Positions 42,653 through 53,005 of a stretch of DNA of 64,000 nucleotides are shown in pieces; position 1 is the first letter of the stretch, and every line of letters starts with the position of its first letter. Source of the DNA: an uncultured Verrucomicrobiae bacterium (GTDB lineage: Bacteria; Verrucomicrobiota; Verrucomicrobiia; Limisphaerales; UBA11358); assembly GCA_963764035.1 (NCBI GenBank), contig CAVXQV010000011.1, forward strand, positions 105,042 to 169,041, in the 5' to 3' direction. The position numbers and the translations under genes were made by a program. The notes beneath the pieces were generated by a model. It was not told where the DNA came from. It saw only the letters and a program-made list of their open reading frames with translations, and made no database searches.

Positions 42653-44122
42653 TCATCGGCATAGTTCCTCATAATCTTGCTTTGATTTTCGTCGTGTTAC
42701 GCGTTGCTGCCGGCGGCGACTTCCATTCCCAAGACCGCCTTGGGCACGGAGCAGATCGACCGTGACGCCGCCGTGGGGCTGGTTGCGCACGGACAATTGC
42801 CCGCCGACCAGCCGCGCGCGTTGTTCCATCGTGTGGAGGCCCAGCCCGCGGGATTGCCTGGCCGACGGCAGGCCGACGCCGTTGTCCCGGATTCTCAACT
42901 CCACGCTGGCGGGCTGGTCGGCCAGTTCCAGATCAATGCGCGACGCGTGGCTGTGCTTGAGCGCGTTGTGGACCGCCTCCTGCGCGATCCGGTAGAGATG
43001 ACTGGCCACGAGTTGATTCGGCATCAGAATCGTCGCGGCGCTGTTGAAGACGCAGTTGGCGCCGCGCTCGCTGGCGCGCTCGGCCAGGTTCTCCAGCGCC
43101 TGCGACAAACCGTCCGGCGACGGCGGCACGGCATAGAGTTCGTGGGCCAAGGTGCGCGCCTGCGTCAGCGCGACGGCGATCTCACCGGCAAGCCGTCGGG
43201 CGGTGTCCGCGTGCGGGGCGTGCGCGGACTGCAAGTCGCGGCACAAGCCGTCCATCAGAAACCGCAGTCCGCCCAGTTGCTGGCCCAGGCCGTCGTGCAG
43301 TTCCCGCGCGATGCGCGCCCGTTCCTGCTCGGCCGCCGCCTCCACGGCCAGTTCCAGCGCCCGGCGCTCGGAGATGTCGCGCGCGATTTTCGCGGCGCCG
43401 ATGATCCGGCCCTGGCTGTCCTTGATGGGGGAGATGGTCACCGAAACCTCGATGCGCTTGCCGTCCCGGCGCAGCCGGACGGTTTCGTAGTGGTCCACGC
43501 TCTCGCCGCGCGTAATCCGGGCCAGGATGTCCGCCTCTTCCTTCACGCGTTCCGGCGGAAAGAGCATCAGGATGGGCTGGCCCACGGCCTCGCTGGCCGG
43601 ATAGCCGAAAAGTTTTTCCGCGCCGCGGTTCCAGCTCGTGATGATGCCGTCCAGAGTCTTGCTGAAGATGGCGTCATCCGACGACTCGACAATGGCCGCC
43701 ATGCGGGCGAGCGATTCTTCCGCCTGTTTCCGCGCGGTGATGTCGGCGCGGATGGCCACGTATTGGCGCGGCTTGCCCTGCTCGTTGAGGAACGGCACGA
43801 TGGTCGTGTCCACCCAGTAAAAACTGCCGTCCTTGGCCCGGTTCCGGATTTCGCCCTTCCAGACCCGGCCCTGCGCGATGGTGGTCCACAAATCGCGCAT
43901 GAATTCCTTGGAATGGTGGCCGGAATTGATGAGGCGATGGTCCTGCCCCAGCAACTCCGCGCGCGGGTATTTTGAGATCGCGCAGAACTTGTCGTTGACG
44001 TAGGTGATTTTCCCCTGGGGATCGGTGATGGCCACAATGGCGTGCTCGTCGAGGGCGGCCTTCAACTCGACCACCTCGCGGTATCGCGCTTCATCCGGTT
44101 GTATTGAAGATTCCGTCCGCAC
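42653..44122 (-). CDS. PAS-PAS sensor histidine kinase (HisKA_3 / NarX-DegS type)
   Basis: Intact 489 aa with two PAS domains ([14 protein letters not shown]..., [15 protein letters not shown]...), an H-box [12 protein letters not shown] and the HATPase motif [20 protein letters not shown]. It pairs with the adjacent NarL-type regulator. Confidence 0.85.
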   Translation of the reverse strand: MRTESSIQPDEARYREVVELKAALDEHAIVAITDPQGKITYVNDKFCAISKYPRAELLGQDHRLINSGHHSKEFMRDLWTTIAQGRVWKGEIRNRAKDGSFYWVDTTIVPFLNEQGKPRQYVAIRADITARKQAEESLARMAAIVESSDDAIFSKTLDGIITSWNRGAEKLFGYPASEAVGQPILMLFPPERVKEEADILARITRGESVDHYETVRLRRDGKRIEVSVTISPIKDSQGRIIGAAKIARDISERRALELAVEAAAEQERARIARELHDGLGQQLGGLRFLMDGLCRDLQSAHAPHADTARRLAGEIAVALTQARTLAHELYAVPPSPDGLSQALENLAERASERGANCVFNSAATILMPNQLVASHLYRIAQEAVHNALKHSHASRIDLELADQPASVELRIRDNGVGLPSARQSRGLGLHTMEQRARLVGGQLSVRNQPHGGVTVDLLRAQGGLGNGSRRRQQRVTRRKSKQDYEELCR

Positions 44123-44250
44123 CTGTGTGCCTTTGCCGAAAACGGGTTAACCCATTCGCCAAAGCCGGGTTACTGTGCCATCATCCCGGCCGCTTCTTTT
44201 CCTTTGCCACACAAGCGATTAACGCATTTCACCGGAACATACAACATTTT

Positions 44251-44277
44251 TTGACTTTCAATATGACAAAATACACT
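44251..44277 (+). promoter_or_regulatory. Possible sigma70-type promoter for the macAB operon
   Basis: TTGACT at 44251..44256 and TACACT at 44272..44277, with a short 15-nt spacer. The match is weak and rests on sequence only. Confidence 0.2.
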
Positions 44278-44377
44278 CCGCCGTAAACGGCATCCGCTCC
44301 GAGCAGCATCTCCGGCACCCCGGCGCGCGCTCCGGGGTGCGACAATCTTTGGCCGGACTTGCCGCGAATGCCGCCGG

Positions 44378-45865
44378 TTGAAACTGGACAATCGCCGGCG
44401 GTTTCCGCATTTTTGTCGGGTGGAAAAGCCACCTATCCTCCAATCGCTTCCTGTCACTCCCAGGAAAAAGAAACGCGGGGTGTTGATTGTCTGTCTGGTC
44501 GTCGGCGTGGCCCTGGCCTTGAGCGCCGTCGTCGTGGTCGTCAAGCGCGCGCAAGCCGCCCATCACGGTGCAGACCACCAAGGTTTCGCGCCACAGCCTC
44601 ACCAACCTCGTCGTCGCCAACGGCCAGATCCAGCCCGTCGTGCAGGTCACCATCAGCCCGGAGGTGAGCGGCGAAATCATCGACCTGCCGGTCAAGGAAG
44701 GCCAGCTCGTCAACAAGGGCGATTTGCTGGTGAAAATCAAACCGGATGTCTATGTCGCGGCGGTCAACCAGGCCAAGGCCAGTTACGCCTCGTCGGTGGC
44801 CGGCCAGGCCCAGTCCGCGGCCAACGCGGAAAAGGCCGAGGCGGATTACCAGCGCAATCTGGAATTGTTCAACCGCAAACTGCTTTCGGAATCGGACTTC
44901 ATCGGGTTCAAGGCCGCGCGCGACGTGGCCCGCGCCCAGTTGGAAAGCGCCACCAACCAGGTGAACATGGCCAAGGCCGGCGTGGACAGCGCGGAGGAGG
45001 AACTGGCCAAAACCACCATCTTTTCGCCGCTCACCGGCACCATCACCCGCTTGAATTCCGAAGTCGGCGAACGCGTCCTGGGCACGGTCCAGAATGCCGG
45101 AACCGAAATCATGACCATCTCGGATTTGAACCAGATCGAGGCGCGGGTGAACGTGGGCGAAATGGACGTGGTCGGCATCACGCCCGGCCAGCAGGCGCGG
45201 CTGGAAGTGGACGCCTTCAAGGACCGCAAATTCACCGGCGTGGTGACGGACGTCGCCAATTCCGCCGTCGGTTCGGGCAGCCAGAGCAGCCACCGCCAGC
45301 AGCAGCCAGTCGCAGCAGGCCACGCAATTTGAAGTGCGCATCCGCGTCAACGAAAAGGAGCCGGCCTTCCGCCCCGGCATGTCGGTGACGGCGGAAATCG
45401 AAACCGAGTATCGCACCAACGTCCTGACCGTTCCGCTGGCCAGCGTCACCACCCGCCCGATGAAACCTGATCCGCCGAAAACCGGCGGAACAAATGCCGA
45501 CCGCCGCCACCGCTTCAAGCACCAACGCAGTCGCAGGCACAAACAGTGTCGCGGGCACGAACACCGACAAGGCTGCGGGAAAACTGGCATCGGCCGCCAA
45601 ATCGAACGACGTCGCCAAACCGACCGACGTGGTCTTCGTGGTGGACGGCGACCACGTGAAGGCCGTGCCGGTGAAGATCGGCATTTGCGACGACAATTAC
45701 TGGGAAATCACCGACGGCCTGACCAACGACGAGGAGATTGTCTCCGGCGGTTACCGCGCCATCGGACGCGACCTTCAGGACGGCTCGAAAATCCACGTCG
45801 GCCCGGCCGGAGCGGACACCGGAGACGGAAAAGAAATGAAAACTTTGGTGAAACGTGATGTGTGA
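44378..45865 (+). CDS. macA: MacA/HlyD-family periplasmic adaptor of an ABC-type efflux pump; frame broken about 3 times
   Basis: A TM anchor (VLIVCLVVGVALALSAVVVVV) is followed by VVANGQIQPVVQVTISPEVSGEIIDLPVKEGQLVNKGDLL, a coiled-coil hairpin, TIFSPLTGTITRLN, and a beta-barrel/MP domain. The pieces lie in ORFs 44378..45388, 44568..45332, 45334..45858 and 45494..45865. The start is uncertain. Confidence 0.8.
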
Positions 45866-45928
45866 AACGTGAATAACAGCAATCTCGGAACAATTTTCAC
45901 GCTTCACGCTTCACGCTTCACTTCAACC

Positions 45929-46637
45929 ATGAGCTTGATTCATCTCCAGCAAATTTCGCGGCGCTACCAGATGGGCGGGGAAACCGTCCACGCCCTGCGC
46001 GACGTGTCGCTCGAAATCCAGCGCGGCGAATACGTCGCCATCATGGGACCGTCCGGCTCCGGCAAATCCACGCTCATGAATTTGATCGGCTGCCTCGACA
46101 CGCCCATCGCCGGCCGCTACGAATTGAACGGCATCAGCGTCAGCGAAATGGACGACAACCAGCTCGCCGAAATCCGCAACCGGGAGATCGGTTTCGTCTT
46201 CCAGACCTTCAACCTGCTGGCGCGCTCGAACGCGCTGCACAACGTCGAACTGCCGCTGATTTACGCGGGCGTGCCCGCCGACGAACGGCGGCAGATCGCG
46301 CTGGAGGCGCTGGCCAACGTCGGCCTGGCCGACCGCGTTCATCACAAGCCCAACGAACTGTCCGGCGGCCAGCGCCAGCGCGTGGCCGTGGCGCGCGCGC
46401 TCGTCAACAAGCCGTCCATCCTGCTGGCCGACGAGCCGACGGGCAATCTCGATTCCAAGACCGGCGACGGAAATCATGGCGCTGTTCGACGAGCTTTCCC
46501 GGAAAGGCAACACCATCATCGTCGTCACGCACGAGGAGGACATCGCCCGGCACGCCCGCCGCATCATCCGCATCCGCGACGGCTTGATCGCCAGCGACGA
46601 AACGGTCGAACATCGACATTCCGGAATTCCGTCATGA
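45929..46637 (+). CDS. macB: MacB/LolD-type ABC transporter ATP-binding protein; one frame break near 46460
   Basis: Walker [11 protein letters not shown]-loop FVFQTFNL, signature [15 protein letters not shown], Walker [13 protein letters not shown]. After the slip the sequence continues [23 protein letters not shown]. Confidence 0.88.
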
Positions 46638-47873
46638 ACTTTCTCTGTTCCGAAATCCGCGAAGGCCTGGGCATCTCCTGGGCCGCCCTGCGCGCGAACA
46701 AGATGCGCTCGGTGCTGGCCACGCTCGGCATCGTCATCGGCATTCTCACCGTCACGCTCATGGGCGCGGCCATCAACGGATTGAACCAGGCGTTCATCCG
46801 CAACGTTTCCTCGCTGGGCGCGAATGTGTTTTACGTGTCGCGCTACAAGTGGTTCAACAATTCCTACGAGGACTGGTTGAGCATGCGGCGGCGCCCGCCG
46901 ATCACGCTCGCCGAGGCGGAAAACGTCGGCCCGGCTGTTGACCCTCGCCCAGGCCGTCGCGCCCGACGGCGTACGACGATGACCCGGTGAAATACAGGAA
47001 CCGCAGCGCCGACAGCGTGGACAATCATCGGCACGACGGAAGCCTACCTGCAAACCAGCGGCGTGGACGTGGCGGACGGCCGGTTCCTGACCGCCGCCGA
47101 CGCCGAAGGCACCCAGCCGATTTGCGTCATCGGCAACGACGTCGCCACGAATCTGTTTCGCGGCGAATCGCCCCTCGGCAAGCGCATCCGCATCGCGGAC
47201 CAGTCGTTTCAAGTCGTCGGCGTGCTGCAAAAACAGGGCATGATGTTCGGCGACAGCCTCGACAACCGCATCATCGTTCCGCTCCGGGAATTTTTGAAGG
47301 ACATCTGGAGCCGGCCGAACATTGACCATCCAGGTGAAGGCCGGCTCGGCTGGCGCAGCTGGACGAGGCCCAGGAGGAATTGCGCCAGGTGATGCGCCAG
47401 CGTCCGCCACCTGCGCCCGGACCAGCCCGACAATTTTTCCATCAACCAGCAGGACCAGATCGTCGACATGGTTTCATGCGCAGACCGCCGTCATCGCCAT
47501 CATCGGCCTGTTCGTCACCAGCCTGGCGCTGTTCGTCGGCGGCATCGGCATCATGAACATCATGTTCGTGTCGGTCGTCGAGCGGACGCGCGAAATCGGC
47601 GTGCGCAAGGCCATCGGCGCCAAACGCCGCACCATCCTGCTGCAATTTCTGATCGAAGCCGCCTCCATCTGCCTCTTCGGCGGCTTGATCGCGCTGGGCA
47701 TCGCGTGGCTGGCCACGCTGGCGGTGACCCATTGGCTGTTTCCGGCCAGCCTGTCGGCGGGCATCGTCGTCATCTCGGTGCTGGTCTCGGTGATGACCGG
47801 GGTGGTTTCCGGTTTCCTGCCGGCCTGGCGCGCGGCGCGGATGGACCCGGTGGAGGCGTTGAGGAGCGAATGA
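46634..47873 (+). CDS. MacB/FtsX-family ABC permease 1; frame broken at least 4 times
   Basis: N-terminus [25 protein letters not shown], a MacB periplasmic core ([27 protein letters not shown]), and the FtsX C-terminus [38 protein letters not shown]...[20 protein letters not shown]. Confidence 0.82.
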
Positions 47874-47876
47874 AAC

Positions 47877-49149
47877 ATGCATCTGCGGCCAACCATCGTC
47901 CTGCTGCTCGGCGAAATCCGCGGAAAGCATTTCGATGGCCTTGAACGCGATCATCGGCGCACAAGCTGCGCTCCGCGCTCACGCTGCTCGGCGTGTTGAT
48001 CGGCGTGTTTTCCATCATCGTCGTGATGACCGCCATGCGCGTGCTGGAGCGGAACATCGAAGACCAACTTGAGCCAGTTGGGCAGCCAGACGTTTGCCAT
48101 CCAGAAATGTCCGGCAGGTCCAGTTCGGCAACAGTTCCGATTGGGAAAAATACTGGCGGCGCAAGAACATCACGCTCGAACAGGGCGCAAGCGGTCGCGG
48201 AAAAGGCCACGCTCGCCGCCGCCGTCGGCGTCGAAGGCACTTTCTGGGGCGGCCAGATCTCAGACCCGCTACGCCAAGACCGCGCCCAACGTCCAGTTGC
48301 TCGGCGACACGCCCGGCAGTTTCCCGGCGCACAACTGGATCATTGACGAGGGCCGCCTTTTTGACGACAGCGACGTGGACAACGCCCGCAGCGTTTGCGT
48401 GCTGGGCAGCGCGCTGGCCAAAACGGTTTTTCCCTTCGGCTCCGCCCTCGGCGAGCAACTCAAAATCAACGGCATCAATTACGCCGTCGTCGGCGTGCTC
48501 GCGCCCAAGGGCGGCTCGGTCGGCGGCAACCAGGACAACTTCGCCGTCGTCCCGCTCACCACGGCGCTCCACCGCTACGGACTGCGCTGGAACGGATTGA
48601 GCATTCTGGTCCAGGCGCGCAGCTCCGCCGTCTACGCCGATTGCGAGGAACAGGTGCGCGGCATCCTGCGCGACGCCCGCAAGGTCCGGCCCGGCGACCC
48701 GGACGATTTTGAACTGTATCTCCAACGACTCGCTGATCGAACAATTCAAGACCTTCACCCGCGCCGTGCGCATCGGCGTGGCGGTGGTCAGCTCCATCGC
48801 GCTGCTCGCGGCGGGCGTCGGCATCATGAACATCATGCTCGTCTCGGTCACGGAACGGACGCGGGAAATCGGCGTCCGCCGCGCCATCGGCGCCAAGCGG
48901 CGGAACATCATGGCGCAATTCATCATGGAAGCCGTCGTGCTGTGCGAAGTCGGCGGCGTCATCGGCGTCGTGCTCGGCATTCTGGGCGGCAACGTCCTCG
49001 CCTGGTTCATGAAAGTCCCGCCCGCCATCCCGGTGGACTGGATTGTGCTCGGGCTGGTGCTGTGCTCCGTCGTGGGCATTGTCTTCGGCACCTATCCCGC
49101 GTGGAAGGCGGCGAACCTCGACCCGATTGAATCCCTGCGCTACGAATAA
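47877..49149 (+). CDS. MacB/FtsX-family ABC permease 2; frame broken at least 5 times
   Basis: Motifs: KLRSALTLLGVLIGVFSIIVVMTAM; LKINGINYAVVGVLAPKG; [38 protein letters not shown]...GTYPAWKAANLDPIESLRYE*. Confidence 0.82.
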
Positions 49150-49151
49150 AG

Positions 49152-50239
49152 ATGGCCGGGCCTAAAAACAGCGGCTACCTGCGGCAATTGGATGGTTTGC
49201 GCGCCTTGTCCGTCGCGGCCGTCGCCTGGAGCCATTGGCGCGCCTATTGGTTCCGGGAATCCTCCGTGCCCTGGGCGGAATTTGGCGTTGAAACCTTTTT
49301 CGTCATCAGCGGCTTTTTAATCACGGGCATCCTCCTGGACAACCGTTCAGAATCATCGAAGCCCTTTGTCCTGCGGCAATTTTACGCGCGCCGGTTCCTC
49401 CGAATTTTTCCGCTGTTCTACGCGACCCTTGTGATCGGGTTCGTTCTGCGCGCCGACAGCCTGCGTCAAACGTTGTTTTGGCACGCCGGTTATTTGTCCA
49501 ACATCTATTTTTACCTTTGGGGCTGGTGCGGGCAATTGAGCCATTTCTGGTCGCTGGCGGTGGAGGAACAATTCTACCTGTTCTGGCCGCTCCTGATGAT
49601 TTTCCTGCCCAAACGCTTTTTGCTGCCGGCGATCCTGGCCGGCATCGGATTCGCCCCCTGTTTGAAACCGCCATGGATTCGTTTTATCCGGGGCATTCAG
49701 CGCAGGTGTCGGCCAGCGTTTTGATGCCCAGTTGCATGGACGCCCTGGGCATGGGCGCCTTGCTCGCTTACGGCATCAGAAACCAATTTCCCATGAAACG
49801 CCTGGCCTTGATCCTTCTACCGGTTGGAATCGCCGGCTACGCCTTGTGCAATCATTTCGGCGCGTGCAAAGCGGCCGGACGGCTGGCGGAAGATTGCGTC
49901 TTGGGCTGGCTGGTTTATTCCGCCGCCCAAGGTTTTCGCGGACCGTTCGGATGGTTTCTGGAATGTGCGCCGATGAACTATCTGGGCAAAATCAGCTACG
50001 GCCTGTATGTCATACACAATTTCGCCGTCTCCATTTGCACGTCCTTGATACTTCGATTGGGAAGCCCCGATTGGCTGGTCAGACTTTACAACATCCCCGT
50101 GGTGCGAATCCTGGCATTCACCGGCGTGACCGTGGGACTGGCCGCTTATTCATGGCATCGGTTTGAAAAGCCGATCAACAATCTGAAACGCAAATTCCCA
50201 TACCCCGTTGCTGCGGCAACGCCTTCGCCCGGGCCTTGA
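49152..50239 (+). CDS. Acyltransferase family 3 (OafA/YrhL-like) membrane protein; one frame break near 49660
   Basis: Motifs: LDGLRALSVAAVAWSH, FFVISGFLITGIL, HFWSLAVEEQFYLFWP, GKISYGLYVIHNF. The pieces lie in ORFs 49152..49724 and 49478..50239. It starts 2 nt after the permease stop. Confidence 0.82.
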
Positions 50240-50251
50240 AACTGCCGCGCA

Positions 50252-50376
50252 CCATTCCGTCGGACAGGATTGCGCTGGGGCTGGGGCTGTGCTCCCTCGT
50301 GGGCATTGTCTTCGGCACCTACCCCGCTTGGAAGGCTGCGAACCTCGACCCGATTGAATCCCTGCGCTACGAATAA
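50252..50376 (+). pseudogene. Duplicated 3' end of the MacB/FtsX permease gene (about 90% identical to 49025..49149)
   Basis: It reads ...IALGLGLCSLVGIVFGTYPAWKAANLDPIESLRYE* and has no upstream gene body. It forms a direct repeat bracketing the acyltransferase gene. Confidence 0.85.
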
Positions 50377-50459
50377 ATTCGCGGGGAAGGATTGAATGCA
50401 AAGGAGATTGAGCCGTTCAGCCTATTCTCATATTAGGCAGCGCATATGGCTGCGCTGCG

Positions 50460-51029
50460 TCAATCTCTTGGTAGCAGCCCCAAATGCTTCTCAATAATAC
50501 TGGTCGTAATTTCATCCGAATAGTTTGGACATAACTCATATGATCTCTTCAAACTGTAAGACCTCTTGTCAAGTAATGAGTAATCGAATGTCTCCATGTC
50601 CTCAATCCGATCCCCGTTCCGAAACTCTCGCAGCAATGTGGGACTCGAAATCACGCCGTTTCCGCCATCGTAGTAACTGCCATCCGGCAGTTTGCTCAAA
50701 ACGTGATCACAAATCCCATTGGTTGTCATGATAAACGCGATGCAGACCTTATCATTGAACTTCTCGTTCCACTCTTCGTAAAACAGCTTGGCAAAACGAC
50801 CACAAGGCCCCCGGTCAATTCGTGGCCACCCATCCACATATCCGTAGGTCAAATTGATTTCGTCCCTCAATCCATTCAGCACGGCCACCTGCTGATAGCT
50901 TAATCCTCTTGCTGGAGCAGTTTTATAAACAGGTAGTTGCCGGCAAGAGCATAGAGAGAAAACCAGCGTCATGATTATCAGAAACTTTTGCCAAGGTCGC
51001 AGCATCGTTAATTTGGTTTGTTTCATCAC
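50460..51029 (-). CDS. Hypothetical lipoprotein (cassette ORF, 189 aa)
   Basis: Signal peptide and lipobox (LIIMTLVFSLCSCRQ). Markedly lower GC. Followed by the hairpin GCAGCGCA-N6-TGCGCTGC. Confidence 0.7.
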   Translation of the reverse strand: MMKQTKLTMLRPWQKFLIIMTLVFSLCSCRQLPVYKTAPARGLSYQQVAVLNGLRDEINLTYGYVDGWPRIDRGPCGRFAKLFYEEWNEKFNDKVCIAFIMTTNGICDHVLSKLPDGSYYDGGNGVISSPTLLREFRNGDRIEDMETFDYSLLDKRSYSLKRSYELCPNYSDEITTSIIEKHLGLLPRD

Positions 51030-51054
51030 ACCGGCGCGGTGTTAGGCGACGAAA

Positions 51055-51915
51055 TCATTTCGAAACATCAAAGCTGGTGACCAAGCCATATCGAACCTCA
51101 CGATAACCGTTGCGCATCCTAGATGACTTGATGAATCGCTCTACAGCCGCGTCCAGCCAGCGTTGATCCGATGCGGTGATGAGAGTTCCACCGCTCGAGT
51201 GTATAATTACATAACCTGAATACATAAATGGATGGAAAGAGCGTGTCTCCAACCAAACACAACCGGCAGGAGGGTTGGTTTGCATTTCTGTGAGAGGAAA
51301 ACCAAATGCCTTCGCTAACTTCTCTGCCGCCTCACGGTGTGCTTTCGAAGCGTCTTGAGGTATTCCAATGTTTGGGCAGATACGATGCCACAGTAGAACG
51401 TCTGCGTAGGAACTTCCTAAATTCTCGATGAAATTATCAGCAACAACACGTTGAGGAGCGTTGGAAGCAACCAGCCGATCCCTCGCGGTCAGCAATGCCG
51501 CCCTGTCTTGCGTCAAAAAGGCTTTCATCGCCGCAACATTATCGTTCCAATTCGCTCCTAGATCAGAGGTTTTGTCGTAGCATATTGCCTGATCCAATTG
51601 TTCCACCGCCAGCGTGTTCCTGCCCGCCACTGCATACAATTGCGCCTCATGGAAGTGAAGAAACTTTTGCTGAGAAACCGTTAATTCCGGGTGCGCTTTT
51701 AGGTAATCACGAATCAGAACCGCAGCCTCAAAATACCGCCCACTGTCGTAAAGCACACGAAACCCAGAGCCATAAGTCTGATCAAAGTCACTGTAAGAAA
51801 GCGAAAGCATGGCTGTTCGTTCTCGGCTTTCTTGAGTCGCGCAACCTCCAACAAGTATGCTGAAGATCACAAGAACCAGTGACGTTACTACCGCTGATTG
51901 GATGAAACGACTCAT
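51055..51915 (-). CDS. Hypothetical lipoprotein (cassette ORF, 286 aa)
   Basis: Signal peptide and lipobox (LVLVIFSILVGGCATQ). Lower GC. I do not recognise a family. Confidence 0.7.
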   Translation of the reverse strand: MSRFIQSAVVTSLVLVIFSILVGGCATQESRERTAMLSLSYSDFDQTYGSGFRVLYDSGRYFEAAVLIRDYLKAHPELTVSQQKFLHFHEAQLYAVAGRNTLAVEQLDQAICYDKTSDLGANWNDNVAAMKAFLTQDRAALLTARDRLVASNAPQRVVADNFIENLGSSYADVLLWHRICPNIGIPQDASKAHREAAEKLAKAFGFPLTEMQTNPPAGCVWLETRSFHPFMYSGYVIIHSSGGTLITASDQRWLDAAVERFIKSSRMRNGYREVRYGLVTSFDVSK

Positions 51916-52027
51916 ATCACCTCATAGACACCGACCACACAGTGTTTTGTATAACTATTTTTATTGTGCTTGGTCCCGACATCGCAGCCTAACAGAACGT
52001 GGGCGGTGCCGTATTCAGCCCATCCTG

Positions 52028-52141
52028 TTTCATGGCTTTGAGTGTTAGCGGAAGCAAACGGGTTGCATTCCATTTCATGGCGTCAGCATTCGTCCACTGG
52101 CGGGCAAGGTCAAGTTCGATGTTTGGCCTTCAGCCGTGGCC
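52028..52141 (-). promoter_or_regulatory. Conserved leader element (copy 2) with TTGACC-N17-AATGCT reading into cassette unit C2
   Basis: Its reverse complement aligns with 2707..2820. The -35 is at 52113..52108 and the -10-like hexamer at 52090..52085, both on the minus strand. Confidence 0.35.
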
Positions 52142-52342
52142 GTCACGGTCATTTGATGCCGAAGCGTTTTTTGACTTCGGCATGGGTGAGGCGCGGTTTG
52201 CCTTCGTCGCGCACGCGCGCTTCGGTCAGGTCCGGATAACCGAATCCACGCCTGTCCTGCGCAAGCCGGCTCGCGCCGCGTGGCTGGCAACTGCATGGAA
52301 CCGGTTTAATCCGTCCCTCCGTGATTGAACCGCGGCTTTTAG

Positions 52343-52663
52343 CTAAACCAACTCCAGCCGCAGCACGCACAGGCCGCAATCCACCGTGGCTTCGCCGGGC
52401 GTCGGCAGCCGTTGCGCCGGGATCTGGTATAGATGCGCGTGCGCCCGCACCACCAAACCGGCGGCGTGCAGCTTGGCCACGTGCTTGGACGTCATGTCCG
52501 CGCTGCACCCCACGGCCCGCGCAATTTCGAGGACCATGTGCGGCTGGCCGTTGGACAGTTCTTTGAGGATCCGCCAGCGGACGGGATGGCTCAACGCCGC
52601 CGCGAGTTTGTTCAGTTCCGGCAACGTCGTTGCCGCCGTCGTTTTTGCGGTTTCTGTGGTCAT
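52343..52663 (-). CDS. ArsR/SmtB-family transcriptional regulator
   Basis: LAAALSHPVRWRILKELSNGQPHMVLEIARAVGCSADMTSKHVAKLHAAGLV. The ATG at 52663 is preferred over the ORF-track start at 52732. Confidence 0.8.
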   Translation of the reverse strand: MTTETAKTTAATTLPELNKLAAALSHPVRWRILKELSNGQPHMVLEIARAVGCSADMTSKHVAKLHAAGLVVRAHAHLYQIPAQRLPTPGEATVDCGLCVLRLELV

Positions 52664-52848
52664 AAATCGCGGTTTGTCAGGGAAAAACTCGATTTCGCCT
52701 GAATCAGATGTATTTACAGAATAAAGCGACATATTGTCAAAGGAAAAATATCTAGTCTCGGACTAAATGGATGTCGAGTAGTGATATATGTATGTATTCT
52801 ATGAATATATAAACGTCCTCTATTTGGGAGACGGTTTACGCTCTAAAT

Positions 52849-52975
52849 AGATTTATGTCCGCTCTTTAGCAAAACATTTAGTCTATTAATATCTCGATTT
52901 CTGCTCTGCTGATAAATATCTACGCTCGGCATAAATCTAATTCCGCTCGCCACCGGCTTTTCGTCCGTCGCCCCG
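52849..52975. repeat. AT-rich phased array R5, 21-bp unit, about 6 units
   Basis: CGCTC/TGCTC sits at 52849, 52870, 52912, 52933 and 52954; the 52891 unit is degenerate. Units also carry TAAAT/ATAAAT. The array is embedded in a ~270-bp stretch (52733..53005) of much lower GC than the rest of the window. Confidence 0.7.
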
Positions 52976-53005
52976 AATTCATTCGCGGTCGGACGAGAAA
53001 AATAA

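Larger units (their letters stand above)
50411..52027 (-). mobile_element. Integron-cassette-like unit C2: two ORFs between attC-like left and right elements
   Basis: On the minus strand, the left element 52027..51984 reads CAGGATGGGCTGAATACGGCACCGCCCACGTTCTGTTAGGCTGC, 34/41 identical to 2821..2861. The right element 50441..50411 reads GCTGCCTAATATGAGAATAGGCTGAACGGCT, with 29 nt identical to 3302..3330. An orphan GCCTAAC (minus strand, 51047..51041) lies between the two ORFs. Confidence 0.55.

Noticed and set aside
52149-52296. Small minus-strand ORF ending ...GYPDLTEARVRDEGKPRLTHAEVKKRFGIK*, reminiscent of RHH-type antitoxin C-termini.
   Set aside because: It is readable only by assuming a frameshift, no partner toxin gene is present, and the motif match is vague. 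The evidence is too weak to call.
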